DNA of 32,000 bases from Candidatus Saccharimonadota bacterium (lineage in GTDB: Bacteria; Patescibacteriota; Saccharimonadia; Saccharimonadales; UBA4665), in NCBI GenBank assembly GCA_016699955.1, contig CP064993.1, positions 870,001 to 902,000 of the forward strand. The letters run 5' to 3'. The position numbers and the translations under genes were made by a program. This document shows, piece after piece, positions 1 through 9,938 of the stretch. The notes under the pieces were generated by a model that was not told the origin of the DNA, ran no database searches, and saw only the letters and a list, made by a program, of their open reading frames with translations. Numbering within the stretch: position 1 is the first letter of the stretch; every line of letters starts with the position of its first letter.

Positions 1-1126
1 GTAGTAGCAAGGCGGCATGCTTAAACTCAGGACTTTTTAACAGTAGCTCACTCCAGGTTTTTTGTTCCTTACCTACCTGCCAAGACATTTGCCAAATGTC
101 GGAGGTTGAGAAATCCCAAAAATCGTAGCTCAGTACTTCCGGCCAAAGGCTGTCGACTCGGGCGTGATTACCTTCGCGGAGAGCTAGGATGAGTTTGCTC
201 ATGGTAAGAAGCTCACGGACAACTGGCGCACTTAGAATATTCTCGCGCTTTTCGTAACTCACTGCCAGTTCGCGACTTTGCAAGTAAGGTACGAGTGGCT
301 CTAGATACTTGTGTTTTGGAGCCAGTACGGCAATTTGCGACCGTTTAACCCCCTGCTGAACTAGCTGGGCAATTTGATCTGCTACTGCTGTTCGTTCTGC
401 TACGGCGCTTCGGTATGCATGCCGCGACAGCGATGCTTCAGGCAGCGCAGAGTTAGCCGCGAGGATGTGCTTTGTGACACCCTCAAAATGATGATGAAGG
501 CGGGCTTCAATTTGCTCAGCGATATTTGAAGCAGTACTTATAATTTTCACCTGGGATCGATAATTTTCCTCTAGCGAAATTACCTGGACGTCACGGAAAG
601 CATGATAAAAATCTAGCATGTTGCTGTACTCAGCTCCCTGAAACGCGTAGATTGCTTGGTCATCATCACCGACCGCCAACACATTTGGCTTGCCTTCGTG
701 CGCGGGGTTGCTAGTTAGCAGCCGCACGAGTTTAAACTGCGCCGCATTAGTGTCTTGGAACTCATCGAGCAAAATAAATTGGTACTGTTCTTGAAGTGTG
801 AAGCGTAAATCATCATTGTTTTCGAGCACGTTTATTGCCTGCAAAATCATATCGTCAAAGTCGTAAAGCCCTTTATTACTCAACCGCGCCTGGTATTGCT
901 CAAGTACATCTGCGAGCGCAATAATACGTTTTGCTTCCAGCTCGCCCGCTATTTTGAACTGATTCTCGGTGTCTTTTACGAGCCATTTGTTTTTCCAGGC
1001 AGTCAGGGGTTTGGTCGAGTTGTCGTCATCGGCTTGCTCTAGCGCCCGCAGCAAATCAGATTGTGCGAGCTTTGCTATATCCTCAATAGTACCGACAGTA
1101 ACCTCTGGTTCGGGGTTTTTGCACTT
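1..1126 (-). CDS. SF1 DNA helicase (UvrD/PcrA/Rep type), central part. Runs off the window start and is one base out of frame with ORF 1075..1761.
   Basis: My own minus-strand translation is open from 1126 to 1. It reads ..KNPEPEVTVGTIEDIAKLAQSDLL..QFILLDEFQDTNAAQFKLVRLL..VLAVGDDDQAIYAFQGAEYSNMLDFYHAF..SLEENYRSQ.. DEFQD (motif II), GDDDQAIYxFQGA (motif III) and NYRS (motif IV) are SF1 helicase signatures. It is missing from the ORF track because it has no stop inside the window. Confidence 0.8.
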
Positions 1127-1761
1127 TCAAGTAGGCTAACAATTGACTGATACAGCGGCCGTGCAACCGTTACCTTCCCTGGCATTCGCGCTCGGTAAGG
1201 TGCGAGCGTCGACGCAACGGCTGGTGCGGTCGCTTCGATGACTTTTAGGTTTCGGGCGGCAATGGCTCGCAGGTTGTCGGCGCTCAGCAGCCCGCGTTTC
1301 ACTTCGCTGATGGTGCTTACCAAATCGCCAAGATGGTGTCGAACTTGTTTAATTGGGCTGCGGTAGTCGGTTAATTCCAATATTTCTGAAAGTATTTGAC
1401 GTTTTCCGAGTTCGTCGACTGGTCGTTCAAGCCTTAGCTCGGTGAAATACTCGGGGAATCGGTTAATCACTGTGCTCCCAAACGCATGATATGTCCCTAT
1501 TTGCACATCGTAGGCAGCTTGGCCGATAATAGACAGCAATCGCTCGCGCATATTTTGCGCGCCACTTTCAGTAAACGTCAAACATAATATATTTTGTGGC
1601 AATGCATCTGTTACTTCCAAAATGTGCGCTGCGCGGGCGCTTAGGAGCTGTGTTTTGCCGGTTCCTGGCCCGGCTATGACAAGGACTGGCCCGTAGACCG
1701 CGTCAACTGCTGCGCGCTGCGCCGTATTTAATCGATTATATACATCTGTGAACTTGCTCAC
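1075..1761 (-). CDS. SF1 DNA helicase (UvrD/PcrA/Rep type), N-terminal part
   Basis: LNTAQRAAV..VLVIAGPGTGKTQLL (Walker A, motif I), CLTFTESGAQNMRERL (motif Ia), TYHAFG. It ends at an in-frame stop at 1075, while helicase motifs continue in another frame downstream. Confidence 0.85.
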   Translation of the reverse strand: MSKFTDVYNRLNTAQRAAVDAVYGPVLVIAGPGTGKTQLLSARAAHILEVTDALPQNILCLTFTESGAQNMRERLLSIIGQAAYDVQIGTYHAFGSTVINRFPEYFTELRLERPVDELGKRQILSEILELTDYRSPIKQVRHHLGDLVSTISEVKRGLLSADNLRAIAARNLKVIEATAPAVASTLAPYRARMPGKVTVARPLYQSIVSLLESAKTPNQRLLSVLLRI

Positions 1762-1952
1762 TTCGCTCCCTCATTCTGTAGCAGCATCATTTCCCACAGT
1801 ATAACATTCCAGTAACTTAACTATGTGCGTCCGAGTTATCGGAATAAATACCTTACTGAACCACAGCCTGGTGTTAAGGGCCACTGTTAGCGTTAGGCGA
1901 GCGAGAGCGGTGCCTTTCCGGGCTAAGTAGCTTGCGGGGTGTTTTAGGCAAA

Positions 1953-3161
1953 CTAGCTACAGATCGGGCAGAGATTTTCTCTGTCGAGCGTGCTACTCCA
2001 TTGTACCGTGGCTTCGTGAGCAGGAAGGAGCTCGGCAAAGCCTTTTAGGTCCGCGACATTGCGTAACCAGTACGCCAACCTCCCGTGAAGATGCACATCT
2101 TTCCAAACCAGTGAAGCCCAGTTTGCGCCAACTGGCGTGACATAGGCAGGTTCCATGGGGCGGTAGGCAAGTTTTGGCCTGTCCTCACTCTCGGCTCTAA
2201 AATTGTGCGCAATAAAGTCGGCATCATAAAGCGCAGTTTGCGCCATGCCGCTGAAAGGCGTTTCAGCGTTGTCTCCGAGGACAAATATATTCTTCTGCCC
2301 TTCAGCGCGCAAAAACTCATCAACGACCACTTTTTTTCGATCGCTCAGAACAAAATTATTATCAGTAAAAAATGGGTTATTCATGGCGCCGGCAGTCCAA
2401 ACTATAGTATGGCTACGGATAGGTTTTCCGGAAACAGTAAGCTCCTGTGCGCTTGCACCCTCCACTTTACTGTTGAGGTACAGACGAACGCCGAGTTTAC
2501 GCAGGCGCCTTTCTATGGTTTTCCCAACTGGTTTCGGAAGCCGCGGCATTAGGTGTGGCATTGCTTCAACTAGGTCAATGTGTATCGGTCGTTCGGGAAG
2601 CCCATGCTTGGCCATGGTTTCTCGCAGGTAATCGCCTAACGAACCAGCCAGCTCAATACCGGTTGCACCGCCACCAACGATTATGTAGTTTAGATCTGGC
2701 TCATGCTCAGCGATAAGCTGTGCGTGCAGGTGGCGCTTAAAACGCTCTGCTTCGTAGACAGATTTTATACTATAGCTATACTCTGCTAGACCTGATATAC
2801 CAAAATAATTTGTTACAGTACCGAGCGCGAGTACCAATTTGTCGTAGCTGATTGGGGTTTTGTTACCCTCTAGCGTTAGCGTATTTTTCGCGCTATCGAG
2901 ACTTGTTGCTTTGCCGACAATAACTTGGACCGGGTCATCGGCTAGTATTTGTTCAAGTGGTATAGAGGATTGCTCGCTACTGCCCCCCGTTGCCGTTTCA
3001 TACAGTGTTGGGTAGTAGGTGAAATCAAGCGTTTCAGTCACAAGAGTAACCTTTAGATGGGGTTGCCTGCCGAGCTCAATGGCTGCTCGGACGCCAGCAA
3101 AGCCACCTCCGACCACGACCAACTTAGTACGAGGAAGTTTTTTATCTTCTTTCATCTTCAC
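1953..3161 (-). CDS. ndh: Type II NADH dehydrogenase (NDH-2), FAD-dependent pyridine nucleotide-disulfide oxidoreductase
   Basis: Two dinucleotide-binding motifs (KLVVVGGGFAGVRAA and YIIVGGGATGIELAG). Length is 402 aa, and FVLGDNA is typical of NDH-2. Confidence 0.8.
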   Translation of the reverse strand: MKMKEDKKLPRTKLVVVGGGFAGVRAAIELGRQPHLKVTLVTETLDFTYYPTLYETATGGSSEQSSIPLEQILADDPVQVIVGKATSLDSAKNTLTLEGNKTPISYDKLVLALGTVTNYFGISGLAEYSYSIKSVYEAERFKRHLHAQLIAEHEPDLNYIIVGGGATGIELAGSLGDYLRETMAKHGLPERPIHIDLVEAMPHLMPRLPKPVGKTIERRLRKLGVRLYLNSKVEGASAQELTVSGKPIRSHTIVWTAGAMNNPFFTDNNFVLSDRKKVVVDEFLRAEGQKNIFVLGDNAETPFSGMAQTALYDADFIAHNFRAESEDRPKLAYRPMEPAYVTPVGANWASLVWKDVHLHGRLAYWLRNVADLKGFAELLPAHEATVQWSSTLDRENLCPICS

Positions 3162-3269
3162 CTAATTGTACCAGTAAGCATAAGTAGAAACTAATCAGGA
3201 TATACGCCCGAATTCTTTAATATTCTGGCTATTCCGACTGGCTTGCAATGTGATAAGCTTAAGGTATAT

Positions 3270-4934
3270 ATGGATGGGCTAAAAGAAAAACTGGTTAAAC
3301 ATGGGTTTGAAGGTGAGCTAGACAATACGGCCGAAGCACTAGAGTTGTTTAGTCATGATGCCAGTATGTTCGAGCTGCGGCCTGAGCTTGTAGCAGCGCC
3401 AAAAAATTCGGCAGATTTGCAGCGGCTGGTTCGGTTTGTCTCGTCAAACAAAAAGAAACATCCTGGCCTATCTTTGACAGCCCGAGCCGCCGGAACAGAC
3501 ATGGCGGGCGGTGCAATCAATGAATCAATTATTGTCGACTTTGCGAAACATTTTACAAAAATTGGTTCCATAACGGGTTTTTCGGGAACCGCCCAGCCCG
3601 GTGTTTTTTATCGAGATTTTGAGCGTGAGACTCTGAAAAAAGGTGTGCTTATGCCATCGTATCCGGCCAGCCGCGACCTGTGCATGATAGGTGGCATTAC
3701 GGCTAATAATTCTGGTGGCGAAAAATCGTTAGAATACGGTAAAGTAGAAAAGTTTGTGACTGAGCTAAAAGTGGTGTTTGCTGACGGAAAAGAGTACGTC
3801 GTTAAGCCTCTCACCAAAAAGCAGCTTGCGGCCAAGATTAACCAGGGCGACTACGAGGGTAAAATATATCAGCGTATTTTCAACTTGTGCGAGGAGCATT
3901 ACGACATCATCAAGGAAGCGCGTCCCAAGGTGAGCAAAAACAGCATGGGCTATGGGCTGTGGAATGTCTGGGATCGTCAGACTGGAGTATTTGATCTTGG
4001 GCAGCTCATAGTTGGTTCGGAAGGTACGCTGGGACTTGTGACCGAAACAACTTTTCGGTTGGTTCCACACCGACCCCACTCTGGTTTGCTAGTGCTTTTT
4101 TTGAAGAACATTAACCATCTGGGCGATATTATCCCCGCGGTTCTAAAACACAAACCAGCTACGTTTGAAAGTTTTGACGACCAGACTTTACTACTAAGTC
4201 TTCGGTTTATGCCCGCGTTTTATAAAAGGCTTGGTTTTAGAAAATTTGTTCATTTACTGTGGAGCCTTATACCCGATGGTCTGCAGTTGCTCCGTGGTGT
4301 ACCGAAACTAATTCTTATGATTGAGTTTAACGGTGAAACCGAAGAAGAAGTCCGCGCCAAAGTTGCTGCCCTGCACCGTGATTTGGGTCGTTACCGCGCC
4401 CGCTACGAAATAAACGGCTTCGAAGAAACGCCCACAGAAGGAAGAAGCGAAAAGTTTTGGATAATGCGTCGCTACAGTTTTCAGATACTGCGCAGTACAG
4501 TGAAAGACAAGCACACCGCGCCGTACATTGATGATTTTGCCGTGCCGCCAGAACATCTCACAGCGTTTTTACCTCAGCTGCAAAAAATTATCAGAAAATA
4601 CAAGCTGTTTGCTACGATTGCCGGACATATGGGGGATGGTAATTTCCACGTTATCCCACTCATGAAAATAGAAGATGACCGTGAACGAAAAAAAATTGAG
4701 CCAAGTCAAAGGGAAGTCAACAACTTGGTTCTGAAATACAATGGGTCACTCAGCGGCGAACACAACGATGGTCTCGTGCGGGGCCCTTGGCTGGAAGCCC
4801 AATTCGGCAAGATTGTTCTTGCCTTGTTCAAAGAAGTAAAACACATTTTTGATCCCGAAAACATCTTTAACCCGCACAAAAAAACCGACTCCGACTGGGA
4901 CTACAGTTTTTCGCACATAAGAGAGCACTTCTAA
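3270..4934 (+). CDS. FAD-binding oxidoreductase (GlcD / D-lactate dehydrogenase-like, FAD_binding_4 plus FAD-oxidase C domain)
   Basis: PELVAAPKNSADLQRLVRFV..TARAAGTDMAGGA..GVLMPSYPAS..GGITANNSGGEKS..VGSEGTLGLVTE..AGHMGDGNFHV..GSLSGEHNDG. The track start at 3243 is a TTG. The ATG at 3270 (MDGLKEK) with an upstream aagg looks more likely. Confidence 0.75.
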   Translation: MDGLKEKLVKHGFEGELDNTAEALELFSHDASMFELRPELVAAPKNSADLQRLVRFVSSNKKKHPGLSLTARAAGTDMAGGAINESIIVDFAKHFTKIGSITGFSGTAQPGVFYRDFERETLKKGVLMPSYPASRDLCMIGGITANNSGGEKSLEYGKVEKFVTELKVVFADGKEYVVKPLTKKQLAAKINQGDYEGKIYQRIFNLCEEHYDIIKEARPKVSKNSMGYGLWNVWDRQTGVFDLGQLIVGSEGTLGLVTETTFRLVPHRPHSGLLVLFLKNINHLGDIIPAVLKHKPATFESFDDQTLLLSLRFMPAFYKRLGFRKFVHLLWSLIPDGLQLLRGVPKLILMIEFNGETEEEVRAKVAALHRDLGRYRARYEINGFEETPTEGRSEKFWIMRRYSFQILRSTVKDKHTAPYIDDFAVPPEHLTAFLPQLQKIIRKYKLFATIAGHMGDGNFHVIPLMKIEDDRERKKIEPSQREVNNLVLKYNGSLSGEHNDGLVRGPWLEAQFGKIVLALFKEVKHIFDPENIFNPHKKTDSDWDYSFSHIREHF

Positions 4935-4987
4935 CACACTTTTTCGTCGACGGATTGCAGGTTTTTCATGTACAATGATGCGTAAGC

Positions 4988-6016
4988 ATGATGAGGGCGC
5001 TGCAGAAACTTACGAAAAAGCTAGCAGAGGTACAGCTGCCAGCTGTACCTCGCTTATCCCGAGTCAAGATGACGTGGTTGTTGGTTGGAGGTGCTCTTGT
5101 CGTCGTAGCTGTGCTAACTATGTTGTCGCTAAACCATTCGTTTCCGTTGCTGCAAACGCGTGGGGAGATTGCCAACCGACAACGTGATTTACTATTATTT
5201 GCGACTGGATTAGCGGTGATTGTACTTGTGCCGGTTTACGTAATGCTGTTTACGTTTGCTTGGCGTTACCGCGCAGGACACAAAAAAGACTACAAACCAA
5301 ATTGGGATTCACACAAGGGTTACGAAACATTGTGGTGGGGCGTACCGTTGGCTATCATTGTGGTTCTGGCGGCGGTTACTTGGGTTACTTCTCACAGTCT
5401 AGACCCTTTTAAACCACTCTCATCCACGCAAAAGCCGCTGCAGGTGCAGGTTGTTGCCTTGCAGTGGAAATGGCTGTTTATTTATCCCGAAGAAAAAATC
5501 GCGAGCGTCGGCGAAGTTGCCTTCCCTGTCGGCCGCCCAGTGGAATTTACTATGACTAGCGATGCGCCGATGAACAGTTTTTGGATTCCGCAACTTGCCG
5601 GGCAAATATATGTTATGAGCGGTATGTCGACAAAACTTCATGTCTCAGCCGACAGCGTCGGTACCTATGCGGGTTTATCGGCTAATATTAGTGGTAAGGG
5701 CTTTGCCGATATGCGTTTTAACGCCCGGGCAATGTCAACGACTGATTATGACGCATGGGTCGCTGGGGTAAAAGGCAGTGGCAAGAAGCTCAACCAACAA
5801 ACCTACGAAGTCCTTGCTCGGCCAGGTAAATCGGCAACCCTGCACTACCTGCTCGAGGAAACAAAGCTGTACGACCGAGTTATAATGAAGTATATGACTG
5901 AACATGGTACGACGCAGACGGCTGAAAATGAAACAAAACCCTCAGAGGAAAAAGCATCATCCCCGGTGAAACCAACTCATGATATGCCAATGATGCAATC
6001 AGAAGGGATGCACTAA
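4988..6016 (+). CDS. cyoA: Cytochrome bo3 ubiquinol oxidase subunit II
   Basis: Two N-terminal TM helices, then a cupredoxin-like domain (QWKWLFIYPEE..MNSFWIPQLAGQIYVMSGM). The CuA Cys/His ligands are absent (SANISGKGFADMRF), as in quinol oxidases. It is the first gene of a cyoABCDE-ordered operon. Confidence 0.85.
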   Translation: MMRALQKLTKKLAEVQLPAVPRLSRVKMTWLLVGGALVVVAVLTMLSLNHSFPLLQTRGEIANRQRDLLLFATGLAVIVLVPVYVMLFTFAWRYRAGHKKDYKPNWDSHKGYETLWWGVPLAIIVVLAAVTWVTSHSLDPFKPLSSTQKPLQVQVVALQWKWLFIYPEEKIASVGEVAFPVGRPVEFTMTSDAPMNSFWIPQLAGQIYVMSGMSTKLHVSADSVGTYAGLSANISGKGFADMRFNARAMSTTDYDAWVAGVKGSGKKLNQQTYEVLARPGKSATLHYLLEETKLYDRVIMKYMTEHGTTQTAENETKPSEEKASSPVKPTHDMPMMQSEGMH

Positions 6017-6098
6017 TGAGTGTCTCAGCTTCCATTTTGCATTTTGTTGAATATGGTACGTCTTGCTGCGAGTGCAGCTTACTGGGAAGGAATAGCTG

Positions 6099-8078
6099 AT
6101 GTTTTTTGCAGATTTTCTCGGCCGGATGGAATGGAGTTACTTTTGGCACGGCTGGGTTCAGTTTGGTGGCCAGGCCGGATTGGTGCTCGGGCTGCTTACG
6201 GCGATTGGTCTTTTGACATATTTTAAAAAATGGAAATGGTTGTGGCGAGAGTGGCTAACGACGCAAGACGCCAAACGGATTGGAATCATGTATATTGCCG
6301 TTTCCGTCGTAATGTTGCTACGCGGTTTTGGCGATGCCATTATGATGAAGCTACAGCAAGCACTAGCGAGCGGAACGAGTGATGGTTTCTTGGAAAGTGA
6401 ACATTTTCAGCAAATATTTACGGCTCACGGCACTATTATGATTTTCTTTGTGGCGATGGGCTTGATGTTTGGCATTATTAACCTGGTGTTGCCACTCCTG
6501 CTCGGAGCACGGGACGTTGCCTTCCCTACGCTCAACTCCATGAGCTTTTATCTCTACTTGGCAGGTGTGGTTCTGGTAAATGTTTCGCTGCTCTACGGTG
6601 AATTTGGTGCCGTCGGCTGGCTGGCGTATCCACCGCTTTCTGAACTAGCTTATAGCCCTGGTCCCGGTGTTGATTACTGGCTGTGGAGTATTCAAATAGC
6701 CGGCGTGGGCAGTATGCTCAGTGGCATAAATTTTATTGTGACAATCTTGAAGCTACGCTGTAAGGGTATGACCCTTATGAAAATGCCGGTTTTTGCGTGG
6801 AGTGTGCTCGGTGCAATGATGCTTACGGTTATAGTATTTCCCATTTTGACGGCGACGCTGTTTATGCTTTCGCTAGACCGAACTATGGGCATGCACTACT
6901 TTACGGCCGATCTTGGTGGCAACGCCATGATGTACATAAACCTTATCTGGGCTTGGGGGCACCCTGAAGTGTATATTTTGGTACTACCGGCATTTGGTAT
7001 GTTCAGCGAAATTGTTGCTACCTTTAGTCGAAAGCGGCTGTTTGGCTACACGAGTATGGTTTGGGCACTTATGATTATCACGATTCTTTCTTTTCTAGTT
7101 TGGGCGCACCACTTCTTTACCATGGGTGCCGGTGGCAACGTTAACGCGTTTTTTGGGATTATGACCATGATTATTGCCGTCCCAACGGGTGTTAAAATAT
7201 TTAACTGGTTGTTTACGATGTATAAGGGGAAGATTGAATTTATGACACCCATGTGGTGGTTTATGGCATTTGTAACGACGTTTCTTATAGGTGGAGCTAC
7301 GGGAGTGCTTTTGGCGGTTCCGGCGATTGATTTCCAGGTGCATAACAGCTTGTTTTTGGTCGCTCACTTTCACAATACCATTATTGGCGGTGTGGTCTTT
7401 GGCTACCTAGCTGGTATTGCCTACTGGTTTCCTAAAATTTTTGGGTTTCGTTTGCATGAGAGACTTGGTAAAGCGGCAGTAACGTGTTGGGTGGTTGGTT
7501 TTTTTGTCACCTTTATACCAATATATATCCTTGGCTTTATGGGCGCTACCCGTCGGCTCGACCATTACGATCCAAGCATGGGCTGGCAGGGATTGTTTGT
7601 CGTTTCCGGTATCGGCACGTTAATAATCGGGCTGGGTGTTGTTTTTCAGTTGCTTCAGCTCGGCTATAGTATATGGAAGCGTAAGGAGCTACGGGACAAC
7701 ACTGGTGATCCTTGGAATGGGCGAACGTTAGAGTGGTCAGTCCCCTCACCTGCGCCGCATTATAACTTCGCTAGGTTGCCTGTCGTAGGCACACGCGACG
7801 CCTTCTGGGAAGCAAAACAGACTAAAAAAGCGCTGTTTTCTGGACCTTATGAGGCGTTTGAGTTACCAAAAAATACTAGCATTGGTGTGTTTACCGGTGG
7901 TCTTGCTTGTCTCTTTGGTTTTGCAGTGATTTGGCACTTATGGTGGCTAGTGCTTCTGGCTGCTGCTGGGCTGGCCTACCTGCTCATCCGGCGAACCTTT
8001 GAAGATGACATTGACTATAATGTTTCTGCCACGGAAGCCAAACGGCTCGACAAAGAGGCCAGAAAGGCGGACGTATGA
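6099..8078 (+). CDS. cyoB: Cytochrome bo3 ubiquinol oxidase subunit I (heme-copper oxidase catalytic subunit)
   Basis: 659 aa polytopic protein. [53 protein letters not shown] and HFHNTIIGG are close to E. coli CyoB as I remember it. Confidence 0.92.
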   Translation: MFFADFLGRMEWSYFWHGWVQFGGQAGLVLGLLTAIGLLTYFKKWKWLWREWLTTQDAKRIGIMYIAVSVVMLLRGFGDAIMMKLQQALASGTSDGFLESEHFQQIFTAHGTIMIFFVAMGLMFGIINLVLPLLLGARDVAFPTLNSMSFYLYLAGVVLVNVSLLYGEFGAVGWLAYPPLSELAYSPGPGVDYWLWSIQIAGVGSMLSGINFIVTILKLRCKGMTLMKMPVFAWSVLGAMMLTVIVFPILTATLFMLSLDRTMGMHYFTADLGGNAMMYINLIWAWGHPEVYILVLPAFGMFSEIVATFSRKRLFGYTSMVWALMIITILSFLVWAHHFFTMGAGGNVNAFFGIMTMIIAVPTGVKIFNWLFTMYKGKIEFMTPMWWFMAFVTTFLIGGATGVLLAVPAIDFQVHNSLFLVAHFHNTIIGGVVFGYLAGIAYWFPKIFGFRLHERLGKAAVTCWVVGFFVTFIPIYILGFMGATRRLDHYDPSMGWQGLFVVSGIGTLIIGLGVVFQLLQLGYSIWKRKELRDNTGDPWNGRTLEWSVPSPAPHYNFARLPVVGTRDAFWEAKQTKKALFSGPYEAFELPKNTSIGVFTGGLACLFGFAVIWHLWWLVLLAAAGLAYLLIRRTFEDDIDYNVSATEAKRLDKEARKADV

Positions 8079-8665
8079 GTAAAGGAAGCTTGCCGTCTCA
8101 GTTGCCGGCCGCGGATAGCAAAGGTTTATTTGGGTTTTGGGTATACCTAATGACCGATTGTATACTTTTTGCCAGCCTTTTTGCGACGTTTATTGTGCTG
8201 CGCGGCAACACGGCTGGTGGCGTTGGGGGCAGCGACATTTTTGAACTGCCCTTTGTTCTTGCCGAAACACTCATCCTACTAGCAAGCAGCCTGGCGAGTG
8301 GGTTGGCACTGTTGGCCGCGCACCGACGTAGTCGACATGGTGTGTTCCTCTGGTTCGGGATAACAGGTATGCTTGGTTTGCTTTTTGTTAGTATGGAAGT
8401 ATACGAGTTTAGCAAACTTGTCTCAGATGGCCATAGTTGGACTAACAGTGCTTTCCTTTCTTCGTACTTTGGGCTGGTTGGGACGCACGGACTTCATATT
8501 TCTGTAGGCCTCATATGGCTGGCAGCGATACTGCTACATTTGAAGCAACGGACTTTTAACCCACGGTTATTGCAACGACTGACAATGTTTACCATGTTTT
8601 GGCATTTTCTAGACATTGTTTGGATTGGCATATTCACCATTGTGTATCTGGTGGGGGTTATATAA
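8075..8665 (+). CDS. cyoC: Cytochrome bo3 ubiquinol oxidase subunit III
   Basis: [26 protein letters not shown] and [10 protein letters not shown] resemble CyoC. The start overlaps the cyoB stop by 4 nt. Confidence 0.88.
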   Translation: MSKGSLPSQLPAADSKGLFGFWVYLMTDCILFASLFATFIVLRGNTAGGVGGSDIFELPFVLAETLILLASSLASGLALLAAHRRSRHGVFLWFGITGMLGLLFVSMEVYEFSKLVSDGHSWTNSAFLSSYFGLVGTHGLHISVGLIWLAAILLHLKQRTFNPRLLQRLTMFTMFWHFLDIVWIGIFTIVYLVGVI

Positions 8666-9066
8666 TGAAGCTACCTAGTTACATACAGAGGCTACCAAAC
8701 TTTCGTGAAGCCAGCCTGGCAACTTACCTCGCTGGGTTTGGACTTTCAGTCGCTTTGACACTTTCTGCTTTTGCGCTCGTCTGGGCTTACCGTGTATCTG
8801 ACGGATTAATATTTAGTCGTGGTTTTCTGCTACTTGTTTTAGCCGTGCTGGCGACAAGCCAAATTGTCGTTCAGGTTTTGTTTTTCCTGCATATGTCGAC
8901 TGAACGACGACTAAAAATGAACCTCTACGGAGGTATATTTACAATATTTGTAGTCCTGTGCCTGGTAGTTGGTTCTATCTGGATTATGCAAAACCTTGAC
9001 TACAACATGATGCCAACAAATCAAACAGAGCACATAGAATACGAAGAAAGCATCAGACAGCCGTGA
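8665..9066 (+). CDS. cyoD: Cytochrome bo3 ubiquinol oxidase subunit IV
   Basis: VQVLFFLHMSTE..VVGSIWIMQNLDYNMM matches the conserved CyoD C-terminus. The ATG at 8665 overlaps the cyoC stop (TAATG). The longer track ORF from 8599 lies inside cyoC. Confidence 0.8.
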   Translation: MKLPSYIQRLPNFREASLATYLAGFGLSVALTLSAFALVWAYRVSDGLIFSRGFLLLVLAVLATSQIVVQVLFFLHMSTERRLKMNLYGGIFTIFVVLCLVVGSIWIMQNLDYNMMPTNQTEHIEYEESIRQP

Positions 9067-9920
9067 GATTGAAAGACTTTATACTGGTCGCAAAGCCGGG
9101 AATTGTAGTCGGGAATACGCTAGCGGTCTTGGGCGGCTTTTTGTACGGTTCGGTGGACGGAGTGCACTTTACTGCCCTTGTTGGTGCTGTATTTGGCGCG
9201 CTTCTAATAATCGCGGCGTCGTGTGTGCTAAACAACTATCTCGACCGTGATATAGACCGCCGCATGCACCGTACGGCAAAACGGGCTTCAGTGACAGGCA
9301 TCATACCTTACCGGATTGCTCTGTACTATGCGGCCGCTATGTATTTGCTTGGTTTTGGGCTGATGCTTTGGCTGACAAATATTCCCACGGCAGCAATCGG
9401 ACTGACGGGTGCCGTGCTGTATACATCGGTCTATTACCATGCCAAACGGCGGACATACTGGGGTACTTTTGTGGGCGCATTCCCTGGGGCTACGCCACCG
9501 CTCGCTGGGTATGTCGCTGCGACCGGAAGATTGGATAGAGCCGCCCTGCTGCTGTTTATTATTATGTTTGTCTGGCAGATGCCTCATTTTTACGCGGTAG
9601 GAATTTTTCGCATGGAAGATTATAAACGAGCTAATCTGCCCATATTGCCCCTGGCGAAAGGTTTAAGCCGAACTGTATGGGAAATGCGCTTCTACGGTCT
9701 ACTGTTTATAGTAGCTTGTTTTCTGCTAGCTCGGTGGGAAAAAGCTGGTTTTATGTTTGGACTAGCCATGATTACCATGGGTCTATACTGGTTGCAGCCA
9801 ATGTTTAGCCCAAACTGGCGCCGAGCAACAGAAGCAACAGCACAGCTTGTTTTTAAGCGATCATTGCAGGTACTTATTGCACTCTGTTTTTTTCTAGCCA
9901 TGTCTCACGTACTGCTTTAG
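9063..9920 (+). CDS. cyoE: Protoheme IX farnesyltransferase (heme O synthase)
   Basis: UbiA-type prenyltransferase motif VLNNYLDRDIDRRMHRTAKR and multiple TM helices. The GTG start overlaps the cyoD stop. It is the fifth gene of the cyo operon. Confidence 0.88.
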   Translation: MRLKDFILVAKPGIVVGNTLAVLGGFLYGSVDGVHFTALVGAVFGALLIIAASCVLNNYLDRDIDRRMHRTAKRASVTGIIPYRIALYYAAAMYLLGFGLMLWLTNIPTAAIGLTGAVLYTSVYYHAKRRTYWGTFVGAFPGATPPLAGYVAATGRLDRAALLLFIIMFVWQMPHFYAVGIFRMEDYKRANLPILPLAKGLSRTVWEMRFYGLLFIVACFLLARWEKAGFMFGLAMITMGLYWLQPMFSPNWRRATEATAQLVFKRSLQVLIALCFFLAMSHVLL

Positions 9921-9938
9921 GAGGAGTACAATATACTT

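Noticed and set aside
2045-2631. ORFs 2045..2323(-), 2205..2552(+), 2245..2631(+)
   Set aside because: These are alternative-frame or antisense shadows inside the well-supported NDH-2 gene. Their sequences are low-complexity and motif-free.
3353-4937. Minus-strand ORFs 3353..3571, 3608..3835, 3765..4079, 4308..4556, 4746..4937
   Set aside because: All are antisense shadows within the FAD-linked oxidase gene.
4966-5187. ORFs 4966..5175(-) and 4975..5187(+)
   Set aside because: They overlap the 5' end of cyoA in other frames. The cyoA frame carries the recognisable protein.
8599-8664. Upstream extension of cyoD from the track start 8599
   Set aside because: The extension lies within cyoC in another frame. 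The ATG at 8665 gives a TAATG-coupled start and a CyoD-sized protein.
5420-9901. Numerous 60-105-aa ORFs overlapping cyoA-E on either strand (for example 6692..6892, 7095..7373, 8098..8415, 9288..9587)
   Set aside because: They are shadow ORFs inside strongly supported membrane-protein genes, with atypical Arg/Ser/Cys/His-rich compositions.
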